From: an uncultured Eubacteriales bacterium
Lineage (GTDB): Bacteria; Bacillota_I; Bacilli_A; RF39; UBA660
DNA length: 52,604 nt
Assembly (NCBI GenBank): GCA_900313815.1
Contig: OMST01000064.1
Coordinates: forward strand, 1 to 52,604
Direction: 5' to 3'
In this document: positions 30,614 to 38,620 of the stretch, in pieces
Numbering within the stretch: position 1 is the first letter of the stretch
How the letters are laid out: the number at the start of each line of letters is the position of its first letter
The notes under the pieces: generated by a model
What the model was told of the DNA's origin: nothing
Seen by the model: only the letters and a program-made list of their open reading frames with translations
Database searches by the model: none
Made by a program: the position numbers and the translations under genes

Positions 30614-31775
30614 TTAATGTCTCACCATTAAAATCAGATGCTTTAATTACATATACATATATATTAATATCATTTATTACAAAGAATTCGCATTTTTGAT
30701 GAGGAGTTATAATATAATAATTTATAGGTTGGCTAACATTATCTCTAACATCAATTAATTCTTCAAACTTTTCCACTTCAATAACATTATATCCACTAAT
30801 ATCCGGTTTATTTTTAATATTAATTATTAATCTATCATATCCTCTTAATAATCTATTTACATATCTATCATATTTACTTTTACCGGTATTTGTTAAAGAT
30901 AATTTTTGTGCTAATAATATAATTGACACTATTACTAAAGTAAATAATATTCCACTAATAATTGCATATTGCTTATTTTTAACTATAATAGCTGAATTAC
31001 TAATTAATTGTTTTTCAATGTTAACATTTTTATTATCAAAACTTATGTTAATTTCTTGTTCAGATAATGGAATAATTAAAGTTGCTTTATTATTATTTAA
31101 AAGGCTATATGTATTTTCCTTTTTACTCCTTTCATTAACATAAAGAGTAACTTCTAGTCTACTAGATGTATTTACTGCATAATGGGACTTAAAATCATTA
31201 GCAAGTTGATTATAATAATCGTAATCAATTACTATATCTTTTTTATTTATCGAATAACCAAATGTATTATCTATATCTTCACTAATCTCTTCTGTTAAAT
31301 CATATTCTTTTTCAAAAAATACATTTGAATTACTTTGACTAGCAATTATTAATTTTGCTTTTACTACATATGAAACATATAAATTGCTTTCTTTATCAGC
31401 ATTAAATTTATATTCATAATTAATATGTATTTTATCTATTAAACTTGCTACATATGCCATACCTTTTCCAAGGTAATCTTCTTCATAAAAACTATTATCT
31501 TTTAAATATATCTTATAATCTATATCACTATTTTCAGTATAATTAATATATTGTCTTTTTGTTATAGAAAACGACATAATTGAAAAATATACAAGAGCAT
31601 ATATAAGAACAGCAATTAACATAATATTTAGAATTACTCTCATACTAAAACTATAATAAAACTTATTTTTAGTTGGCTTATCAAAAACATTTTCAGTAGT
31701 TACTTTTTTTTCTTCATCACTTTTTGTAGCACTTGTTTTCTTAACCGCTTTAGTTGTTTCTTTTTTCTTTTCCAT
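30591..31775 (-). CDS. two-TM membrane protein with a large external domain (DUF5305-like accessory protein?)
   Basis: 394 aa: Lys-rich N-terminus, TM (ILNIMLIAVLIYALVYFSIM), ~220-aa loop, second TM (AIISGILFTLVIVSIILLA), C-terminal domain. Family assignment is from memory only. Confidence 0.6.
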   Translation of the reverse strand: MEKKKETTKAVKKTSATKSDEEKKVTTENVFDKPTKNKFYYSFSMRVILNIMLIAVLIYALVYFSIMSFSITKRQYINYTENSDIDYKIYLKDNSFYEEDYLGKGMAYVASLIDKIHINYEYKFNADKESNLYVSYVVKAKLIIASQSNSNVFFEKEYDLTEEISEDIDNTFGYSINKKDIVIDYDYYNQLANDFKSHYAVNTSSRLEVTLYVNERSKKENTYSLLNNNKATLIIPLSEQEINISFDNKNVNIEKQLISNSAIIVKNKQYAIISGILFTLVIVSIILLAQKLSLTNTGKSKYDRYVNRLLRGYDRLIINIKNKPDISGYNVIEVEKFEELIDVRDNVSQPINYYIITPHQKCEFFVINDINIYVYVIKASDFNGETLNEKDSTK

Positions 31776-31784
31776 AAGTCCTCC

Positions 31785-32909
31785 TTATTTTTCATTAAAC
31801 CATACTGTTGGATATCCTATATAACGTATTCTTTGTTTAACGTTTCCAACAATCATGTCTTCTTTTATAACAAAGTCATCCATATTATTATTAGCATCCC
31901 CTTTTGTATATAATAAATATGAATCACCAAAGCTAACTTTTTTAGCTATTCTGTGTATTATAATTACACCTTCTTTTCTATATGCGATAATATCCCCTAC
32001 TTCTAAATTATTAAAAGAATATTTTTTATCTACAATAACAACGTCACCTTTGTTTATATTTGGACTCATACTACCAGTAGCAACTGCGATAGTATAAAAT
32101 CTAAAATATCCACTATAAAAATAAACTAATGTAAACACTAATATGGCCGGTACTATTGCGTGTTTAAGCTTAATAGCATGATAGTTACTTGATATTTTAT
32201 CATTCTTTTTAGCTTCATAAAATCTTAATATTTTAAATGCAAATAAAATTGGTACTATTAAATATATAATAGACATAACATATTCATTTATATTTGGCAC
32301 TATAGGCAAAATATATAAATATAATGAGAAAATTAAATCAAAAATTATTAGTGGCTTATATCCAATTCTTTTTGATATATATGAATAAGAAATGTTCTTT
32401 GATACAGCAGGTAAAAATGCAAGAGCAATAAACTTAAGAACATCATATTGCGAATTAAATAATGTGAAATAAAATGCATTTGAAATGTCTAATATAATAA
32501 ATAATATAATAACTATTATAGTGCAAAGCATATTATTGTCTGCTTTAGAAATCATATTATATCTAAGTATTTCTCTTAAAATACAATATAATATAATTGG
32601 AATTAGAATACCAGTTATATAAGGCATAGTTAAATAATTAGACGTCCAAGCTAATCCTACTACTAACCCTAATAAATAATATACTATAAAATATGTTAAT
32701 GAAAATAATAGTATTTCAAACAAAATATCTCGATAATATAATCTTCTATTTCTTTCCATTACAAATATTTGATTAAATACAACTAGAACTATTAATAAAA
32801 ATATAACTATCTTATATCCAGAAAATATATTTACGACAAAAGCATTAAATAAACTAAGGATAATTAATAATAGTGAAAAAATTAATAATCTTATATACCC
32901 CTTTTTCAT
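31785..32909 (-). CDS. SipW/ER-type (S26B) signal peptidase I fused to an N-terminal polytopic membrane domain
   Basis: C-terminal ATGSMSPNINKGDVV (Ser), IIIHRIAKK (His), TKGDANNNMDD, preceded by ~270 aa with about eight hydrophobic helices. GGAGG 6 nt upstream supports the ATG at 32909 rather than 32936. Confidence 0.8.
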   Translation of the reverse strand: MKKGYIRLLIFSLLLIILSLFNAFVVNIFSGYKIVIFLLIVLVVFNQIFVMERNRRLYYRDILFEILLFSLTYFIVYYLLGLVVGLAWTSNYLTMPYITGILIPIILYCILREILRYNMISKADNNMLCTIIVIILFIILDISNAFYFTLFNSQYDVLKFIALAFLPAVSKNISYSYISKRIGYKPLIIFDLIFSLYLYILPIVPNINEYVMSIIYLIVPILFAFKILRFYEAKKNDKISSNYHAIKLKHAIVPAILVFTLVYFYSGYFRFYTIAVATGSMSPNINKGDVVIVDKKYSFNNLEVGDIIAYRKEGVIIIHRIAKKVSFGDSYLLYTKGDANNNMDDFVIKEDMIVGNVKQRIRYIGYPTVWFNEK

Positions 32910-32978
32910 TCTATACCTCCATAAATATATAATCAAATATAGTTTAAGGCTTAAAATAGCCTTAAACTATAATATTGA

Positions 32979-33620
32979 TTAATCTGCAGAACCATAAGTC
33001 AATACTATATTAGGTAATGCTACAGTAAAGTTTCCATCAGCAACTGCACTTCCAGCGTCATAAGAAATAACTACTACAATCTCTTCAGCAGTATTTTTAG
33101 CTAATGTATGTGAAGAAATGGTTGCAACTGATGTTGTAGTTACAGCTTCATTGCCTACTTTAACGCTTAATGATATTCCATTACAAGCGCTATCAACAAG
33201 TGATTGAGTTGTTCCTGTTGCAGCAGTACATGTCTTATTTCCAGAGAAAATAATACTGTTTAAATAAGCAAGATACTCTCCAGCATTATATGCATAAAAA
33301 GTATATGTTGCTGATTGCCCTGGAGCTGTAAATGTTGCTTTCAAATTTGAGATTACAGGATCATTAGCGTTATCTATAGTAGCATTTGTTGCTGAAAATC
33401 CATTAACTACTGCACTCAATGTTGGTGTAATAGGATCAGTAGCAACTGCAGAAGAACTAGACGAAAAGTCAACATTAAATGTTGATGTATCAGGATGAAC
33501 CTCTGCTTGAGATGTAATAGTTAAAGTATTTGAGAATGCAGCATAACCAATTGTAACTCCAATAGCTCCTAATATTAAAGCAACTAAAGCAATAATCTTA
33601 TAAGTTTTACCGTCGTTCAT
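32979..33620 (-). CDS. TasA/BsaA-like exported protein with a SipW-type signal peptide
   Basis: N-terminal KIIALVALILGAIGVTIGYAAFSNTLTITSQ matches the G-x-(Y/W)-A-x-F-(S/D) cognate signal of SipW substrates. Ser/Thr/Ala-rich beta-type body. Adjacent to the SipW-like gene. Confidence 0.7.
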   Translation of the reverse strand: MNDGKTYKIIALVALILGAIGVTIGYAAFSNTLTITSQAEVHPDTSTFNVDFSSSSSAVATDPITPTLSAVVNGFSATNATIDNANDPVISNLKATFTAPGQSATYTFYAYNAGEYLAYLNSIIFSGNKTCTAATGTTQSLVDSACNGISLSVKVGNEAVTTTSVATISSHTLAKNTAEEIVVVISYDAGSAVADGNFTVALPNIVLTYGSAD

Positions 33621-33855
33621 TTTGTCACCTCCTACAAAAAGAATTGAATAAAATATCCTAGCTAGTGTATTTTATCAATATACATTATATCATTTTTTAT
33701 TAGTCATGTATATAAAATAATTCTATATATTTTTTTTACTAATATAATATTTTAAGGAGATAATATGGAATATATTTTAATACATAATAGGTTAAATAAT
33801 AAAAATATAAAACAGGTTATTAATACAAAAATATATAACATTATTAAACTAAACA

Positions 33856-35055
33856 ATGAACAAGATATTTAAAGTTGGAATATATTTAAGATTATCTAAC
33901 GAAGACAAAGATAAAAAGAATATTGATAGTGAATCAATAAAAAATCAAAGAAATATGTTAATAGATTATATAAATAAAAATGATAATTATATTCTTTATG
34001 ATGAATATTGTGATGAAGATCTTTCAGGAGCAGGAACGTATAGGCCTGAATTTGAACGTTTAATAAATGACTGTCGAAATAAGAAAATAGATATAGTACT
34101 TTGCAAAAGCCAATCTAGATTTTCAAGAGATATGGAAATAATAGAAAAATATATAAACAATAAATTTATAGAATGGAATGTTAGATTCATAAGTATTGCT
34201 GATAATGCTGATACAGATAACTATGGTAACAAAAAAGCAAGACAAATAAATGCTCTTGTTAACGAATGGTATTTAGAAGATATTTCAAATAATATAAGAA
34301 CTGCATTCAATTCTAAAATGAAGCAAGGTGAATTTATATCACCATTTGCTCCATTTGGTTATAAAGTATCAAAACAAAACAATAATAAGCTCGTTATAGA
34401 TAAAACTGCATCTATAATTGTTGAAGAAATATATAAATTATATTTAGATGGTTATGGTTTTACTTCTATTGCAAATATCTTAAATAATAAAAGAGTCCCT
34501 TCCCCTTCGCTATATAAGCATATGAATGGTATTAAGCTACATATAGTAACCAATAAAAAAATTGAAGATATAAAATGGAATAATAATGCTATTAAAAATA
34601 TATTAACAAACGAAATATATATAGGAAATCTAATTCAAGGAAAGAGAACTACTGTTAGTTATAAAAATCATAAGATTATTAAAAAAGATAAAAGTTTATG
34701 GATAAAAAAAGAAAATACTCAAGAACCTATAATAGATGGATATACTTTTAATAAAGTGCAAAAGCTAATTAAAAGAAGAACAAGAACTATTAAATCAACA
34801 AATAAAACACATATATTATCTGGAATTGTCTTTTGTAATAATAATCATTTAATGACAATTAAAAACTCTGGAAAACATTTATATTTAGTTTGTAAAAAAT
34901 GTAAAACCTCTATAAGGTATGATTATTTAGAGCAAGAAATACTAAATAAATTAAATAATAAATATACTACATTAACAAGATCAATAATAGATGATCTAGT
35001 CTTAAAAATAATAATTAATAAAGATGTACTTATAACATTCAAAGAGTTGCTTTAA
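33856..35055 (+). CDS. large serine recombinase (integrase of the island)
   Basis: Resolvase-type N-terminus VGIYLRLSNEDKD (Ser nucleophile), a recombinase domain, and a C-terminal Cys pairs region (C…CKKC). Its last five codons plus stop (35041-35055) overlap the attR core and end 3 bp beyond it. Confidence 0.9.
   Translation: MNKIFKVGIYLRLSNEDKDKKNIDSESIKNQRNMLIDYINKNDNYILYDEYCDEDLSGAGTYRPEFERLINDCRNKKIDIVLCKSQSRFSRDMEIIEKYINNKFIEWNVRFISIADNADTDNYGNKKARQINALVNEWYLEDISNNIRTAFNSKMKQGEFISPFAPFGYKVSKQNNNKLVIDKTASIIVEEIYKLYLDGYGFTSIANILNNKRVPSPSLYKHMNGIKLHIVTNKKIEDIKWNNNAIKNILTNEIYIGNLIQGKRTTVSYKNHKIIKKDKSLWIKKENTQEPIIDGYTFNKVQKLIKRRTRTIKSTNKTHILSGIVFCNNNHLMTIKNSGKHLYLVCKKCKTSIRYDYLEQEILNKLNNKYTTLTRSIIDDLVLKIIINKDVLITFKELL
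35040..35052. repeat. attR core (13-bp direct repeat caaagagttgctt)
   Basis: Identical to 28169-28181. Confidence 0.85.
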
Positions 35056-35381
35056 TCAGAACACTTGCTATAAAACCAGATATATTATTATTAGATGAAC
35101 CATTTTCAGCATTAGATTATCAAACCAGATTAAAAGTATCAGATGATGTCTATAAAATAATTAAAGAAGAGAAAAAATCTGTCATAATAGTTACTCACGA
35201 TATATCTGAAGCTGTATCGATGTGTGATAAAATTATTGTCCTATCAAATAGACCATCAACAATTAAGAATATATATAATATTCATCTAGATAATAAATCA
35301 ACTCCGTTGAAGAATAGAGAATCTTCTAATTTTTCAGATTATTATAAAAATATATGGAAGGATATAGAACATAATGTCTAA
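35040..35381 (+). pseudogene. 3' part of the interrupted ABC ATPase gene
   Basis: Reading from 35040 gives QRVALIRTLAIKPDILLLDEPFSALD (Walker B, D-loop) …VTHDISEA (H-loop). The stop at 35379-35381 overlaps the permease ATG at 35374. There is no start codon of its own. Confidence 0.9.
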
Positions 35382-36150
35382 AGAACAATTAATTTTCTTA
35401 AGAAAAAATAAAATATATAAAGTATCTATTTTATTAACTCAAATATTATTATTTCTAATATTTATATTCTTATGGCAATATCTATCTGATAATAATACTA
35501 TTAATTCTTTTATTATGAGTAATCCATTTAAAATAATTAATACTTTAAAACAATTATATATTAATAATAATCTATTTAATCATATATTTATCACATTAAA
35601 AGAATGTATTATATCTTTTATATTAACTAATATTATTTCTTTCATAGTAGCAATTATAATGTTAGATAATAAATTCATAGCTAAAGTTTTAGAACCATAT
35701 TTAATAGCATTAAATTCACTTCCTAAAGTAGCATTGGGTCCTATAATAATTATATGGATTGGAGCAAATCAAAAAGGAATTATTACAATGGCACTATTAA
35801 TATCATTAATTGTTAGTATACAAAACTTATATAATGCATTTGTATCAACAGATAAATTAAAAATTAAATTGTTAAAAACCTTTAATGCTTCTAAAATAGA
35901 TATATTATTGAATGTAATAATACCATATAATAAAGATAACATTTATAATACATTAAAAATAAACTTATCAATGTGTCTTATTGGTGTTATCATGGGAGAA
36001 TTTTTAACATCTAAAGCTGGTATTGGATATTTAATACTTTATGGTTCTCAAGTATTTAATTTGAGCATAGTTATGAGTGGAATATTTATATTAACTATTA
36101 TTTCTATATTTTTATATTTAATAATTAATATAATAAAAAAAGTCTTTTAG
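35374..36150 (+). CDS. NitT/TauT-family ABC transporter permease (SsuC/ThiX-like)
   Basis: 258 aa, 6-TM binding-protein-dependent permease. Translationally coupled to the 3' ATPase fragment. Confidence 0.75.
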   Translation: MSKEQLIFLRKNKIYKVSILLTQILLFLIFIFLWQYLSDNNTINSFIMSNPFKIINTLKQLYINNNLFNHIFITLKECIISFILTNIISFIVAIIMLDNKFIAKVLEPYLIALNSLPKVALGPIIIIWIGANQKGIITMALLISLIVSIQNLYNAFVSTDKLKIKLLKTFNASKIDILLNVIIPYNKDNIYNTLKINLSMCLIGVIMGEFLTSKAGIGYLILYGSQVFNLSIVMSGIFILTIISIFLYLIINIIKKVF

Positions 36151-36157
36151 ACTTTTT
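36136..36157. terminator. bidirectional hairpin terminator between convergent genes
   Basis: aaaaagtc / gacttttt stem around a tttta loop. Confidence 0.6.
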
Positions 36158-36756
36158 TATATGTTTCCATGTTCATTTTGTATTTCTGACATTCTTTTTC
36201 TCATAGATAATACTTTACCAAATTTATAAACATCATAAATAATAATTATTAATACTGGAACAGCTAGTAATCCTAACCAAGCAAGTTTAGAAGATAATAC
36301 TGATTGCATATTTCCTACTTTAGGAACTACTAATATAACTTTACCAATAATATTAGGTTGCACTACTGTTTCGGTAATATCATTTTCAGAATTACCTTTT
36401 ACATCTATAGTATTATCATCATTTACTTTTATAACTCTATTAGTCAATATACTAAATCCATCAAATATATTTAATGAATAATAAGTAATAATATCATCTT
36501 TTTTTAAATTTTTAACACTTGTTTTTAATGTTAATACAACATCATATGCTTTTATTTGAGGTTCCATTGTTTCATTGGTTACAGTATATAAGCCTACTAA
36601 TGGTGCATTATTCTTTTTATCTGATAATGCAGCATTTATATATAAGAAAACCAAACCAAAAATAATAATAATTAAGAAAACAATTATTATCCACAAGATA
36701 CTCTTAGATATAGTTCTAAGAAGTTTTTTTCTTTTTATTGTTTTATCTTCTTCCAT
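36157..36756 (-). CDS. SipW-like (S26B) signal-peptidase homolog with substituted catalytic positions
   Basis: N- and C-terminal TMs. It aligns to the island peptidase: NETMEPQIKAYDVV vs TGSMSPNINKGDVV, TNRVIKV vs IHRIAKK, KGNSENDITE vs KGDANNNMDD. Confidence 0.6.
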   Translation of the reverse strand: MEEDKTIKRKKLLRTISKSILWIIIVFLIIIIFGLVFLYINAALSDKKNNAPLVGLYTVTNETMEPQIKAYDVVLTLKTSVKNLKKDDIITYYSLNIFDGFSILTNRVIKVNDDNTIDVKGNSENDITETVVQPNIIGKVILVVPKVGNMQSVLSSKLAWLGLLAVPVLIIIIYDVYKFGKVLSMRKRMSEIQNEHGNI

Positions 36757-36784
36757 ATAAACACCCTATTACATTTTAATCTTA

Positions 36785-36820
36785 TCAAAAAAGTAAGGCT
36801 TTATTCAATAACCTTACTTT
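36785..36820 (-). terminator. rho-independent terminator after metG
   Basis: aagtaagg (36791-36798) pairs with ccttactt (36812-36819). A U-run follows on the minus strand. Confidence 0.7.
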
Positions 36821-36838
36821 TAATTAACATTTATTTTA

Positions 36839-38371
36839 CTATTTATTATCTATTCTATTAAATAATATTTCTGCTTCATTAAGAGTAATATTAGTTTCTA
36901 AATTGCCAAATGATAATGTATCAAAACCAGTATTCTTTGTATTAAGCATTTTAAATATCTTTTCAGTTGTTTCAGGAATAAATGGTCTTAGCAATATAGC
37001 TGATATTCTTATACTTTCAAGTAAATTGTATAATACTGTTTTTAATCTATCAGATTGATTCTCATCTTTAGCAAGTGTCCAAGGACAAGTTTCATCTATA
37101 TATTTATTACTTCTTCTTAATAATTCAAATATTTCATCTAGTGCTTCACTAATTTTATATTCATCCATTTTCTTATCAACATTAGATAATAAATTATTAG
37201 CATACTCTATTAAACTATCATCTATTTTTTCGTTTACTTTTGGATTAGTAACTTCACTATTAAAATATTTCTTACTCATTGCTAGTGTCCTATTGACTAG
37301 ATTACCTAAAATATTAGCTAAATCTGAATTATATCTTTCTTCTAATAATTCATATGTAATATTTCCATCATTAGCATATGGTATTTCATGTAATACATAG
37401 TATCTAACCGCGTCTACACCATATTTATTAGCAAGTTCATCTGCATATATAGCATTACCTTTACTCTTACCTATTTTATCATTATTAGATAATAACCAAG
37501 GATGTCCAAATATTTGATGAGGTAATTCTAAATCTAAACTCCATAAGAATGCTGGCCAATAAATACTATGAAATCTAACAATATCTTTACCAATTAAATG
37601 TAAATCTGCTGGCCAATATTTTTTAAACTCATCACTTGGATTTTCAGTGTCATATCCTATATTTGTAATATAATTTGTAAGAGCATCTAACCATACATAA
37701 ACAACATGTTTATCATTAAATGGTACTGGTATACCCCATGTAAATGATGTTCTAGAGACACATAAATCTTGAAGACCCGGTTTAATAAAATTATTAAGCA
37801 TTTCATTACGACGTGATTCAGGTTTTAAGAAGGTATCATTTGTTTCAAATAATTCTTCTAATCTTTTTTGATATTTAGATAATTTAAAGAAATAAGCTTC
37901 TTCCTTCTTTAAAGTCACGTCTCGACCACAGTCAGGACATTTTCCTTCTACAAGTTGAGACTCAGTCCAGAATGCTTCACAATCAGTACAGTATAATCCG
38001 CTATATTCCCCTAAATATATATCTCCTTTATCATACATTTTCTGAAATATTTTTTGTACTTCTTTTTCATGAATAGGATCAGTTGTTCTTACAAATTTAT
38101 CATAACTAATATTCATCAAATTCCAAATATCTTTTATTTCACCAGCAATGCCATCAACAAAATCTTTAGGTGTTTTACCAACATTTTTAGCTTTTATTTC
38201 AATTTTTTCTCCGTGTTCATCAGTACCAGTTTGAAAATATACATCATATCCTTTTAATCTTTTATATCTAGCAATAGAATCAGCTAAAATAATCTCATAT
38301 ATATTTCCTATATGAGGTTTTCCAGATGTATATGCTATAGCTGTACTAATATAATATTTTTCCTTTTCCAT
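36839..38371 (-). CDS. metG: methionine--tRNA ligase (short form without C-terminal tRNA-binding domain)
   Basis: HIGH-type KPHIGNIYE, KMSKS-type KIGKSKGN, Zn knuckles CTDC…CPDC. Confidence 0.95.
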   Translation of the reverse strand: MEKEKYYISTAIAYTSGKPHIGNIYEIILADSIARYKRLKGYDVYFQTGTDEHGEKIEIKAKNVGKTPKDFVDGIAGEIKDIWNLMNISYDKFVRTTDPIHEKEVQKIFQKMYDKGDIYLGEYSGLYCTDCEAFWTESQLVEGKCPDCGRDVTLKKEEAYFFKLSKYQKRLEELFETNDTFLKPESRRNEMLNNFIKPGLQDLCVSRTSFTWGIPVPFNDKHVVYVWLDALTNYITNIGYDTENPSDEFKKYWPADLHLIGKDIVRFHSIYWPAFLWSLDLELPHQIFGHPWLLSNNDKIGKSKGNAIYADELANKYGVDAVRYYVLHEIPYANDGNITYELLEERYNSDLANILGNLVNRTLAMSKKYFNSEVTNPKVNEKIDDSLIEYANNLLSNVDKKMDEYKISEALDEIFELLRRSNKYIDETCPWTLAKDENQSDRLKTVLYNLLESIRISAILLRPFIPETTEKIFKMLNTKNTGFDTLSFGNLETNITLNEAEILFNRIDNK

Positions 38372-38382
38372 AAGTCCTCCTT

Positions 38383-38578
38383 ATAAAATAAAAAGCCATA
38401 AATTAAGGACGAAATAATTCCGCGGTACCACCTTAATTCATGACTTATCATGCTCTTAAATCTTAACGCGATAAACGATTTAACTCCAGAACCATTTTCA
38501 AGATTTATTTTATTAGTTTACACCTACCACTAACTCTCTTTAAAAATTAAAATCTATCTCTTTCCTTCTTCGTTAATT
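38383..38578 (-). promoter_or_regulatory. T-box riboswitch leader of metG (putative AUG specifier)
   Basis: Minus strand contains the T-box sequence GGTGGTACCGCGG (38420-38432), which overlaps a terminator stem AATTAAGG…CCTTAATT followed by a U-run. Upstream are AGAGA-type stem-I elements and GAAAAUGG (AUG at 38493-38495). Confidence 0.8.
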
Positions 38579-38620
38579 ACTTAATGATTTTAGCACAAAT
38601 TACTTTAAATAGCAATATAA

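Larger units (their letters stand above)
28169..35052. mobile_element. ~6.9-kb serine-recombinase integrative island inserted in the ABC ATPase gene
   Basis: 13-bp direct repeats at both ends, a large serine recombinase at the right end, and the host gene halves join in frame across the repeat. No phage structural or conjugation genes inside. Confidence 0.85.

Noticed and set aside
28169-35052. The island as a prophage or ICE
   Set aside because: It has no capsid, tail, terminase, replication, relaxase or T4SS genes. It carries only four surface/export cargo genes plus the recombinase, so it is better described as a small integrative island, possibly mobilised in trans or immobile.
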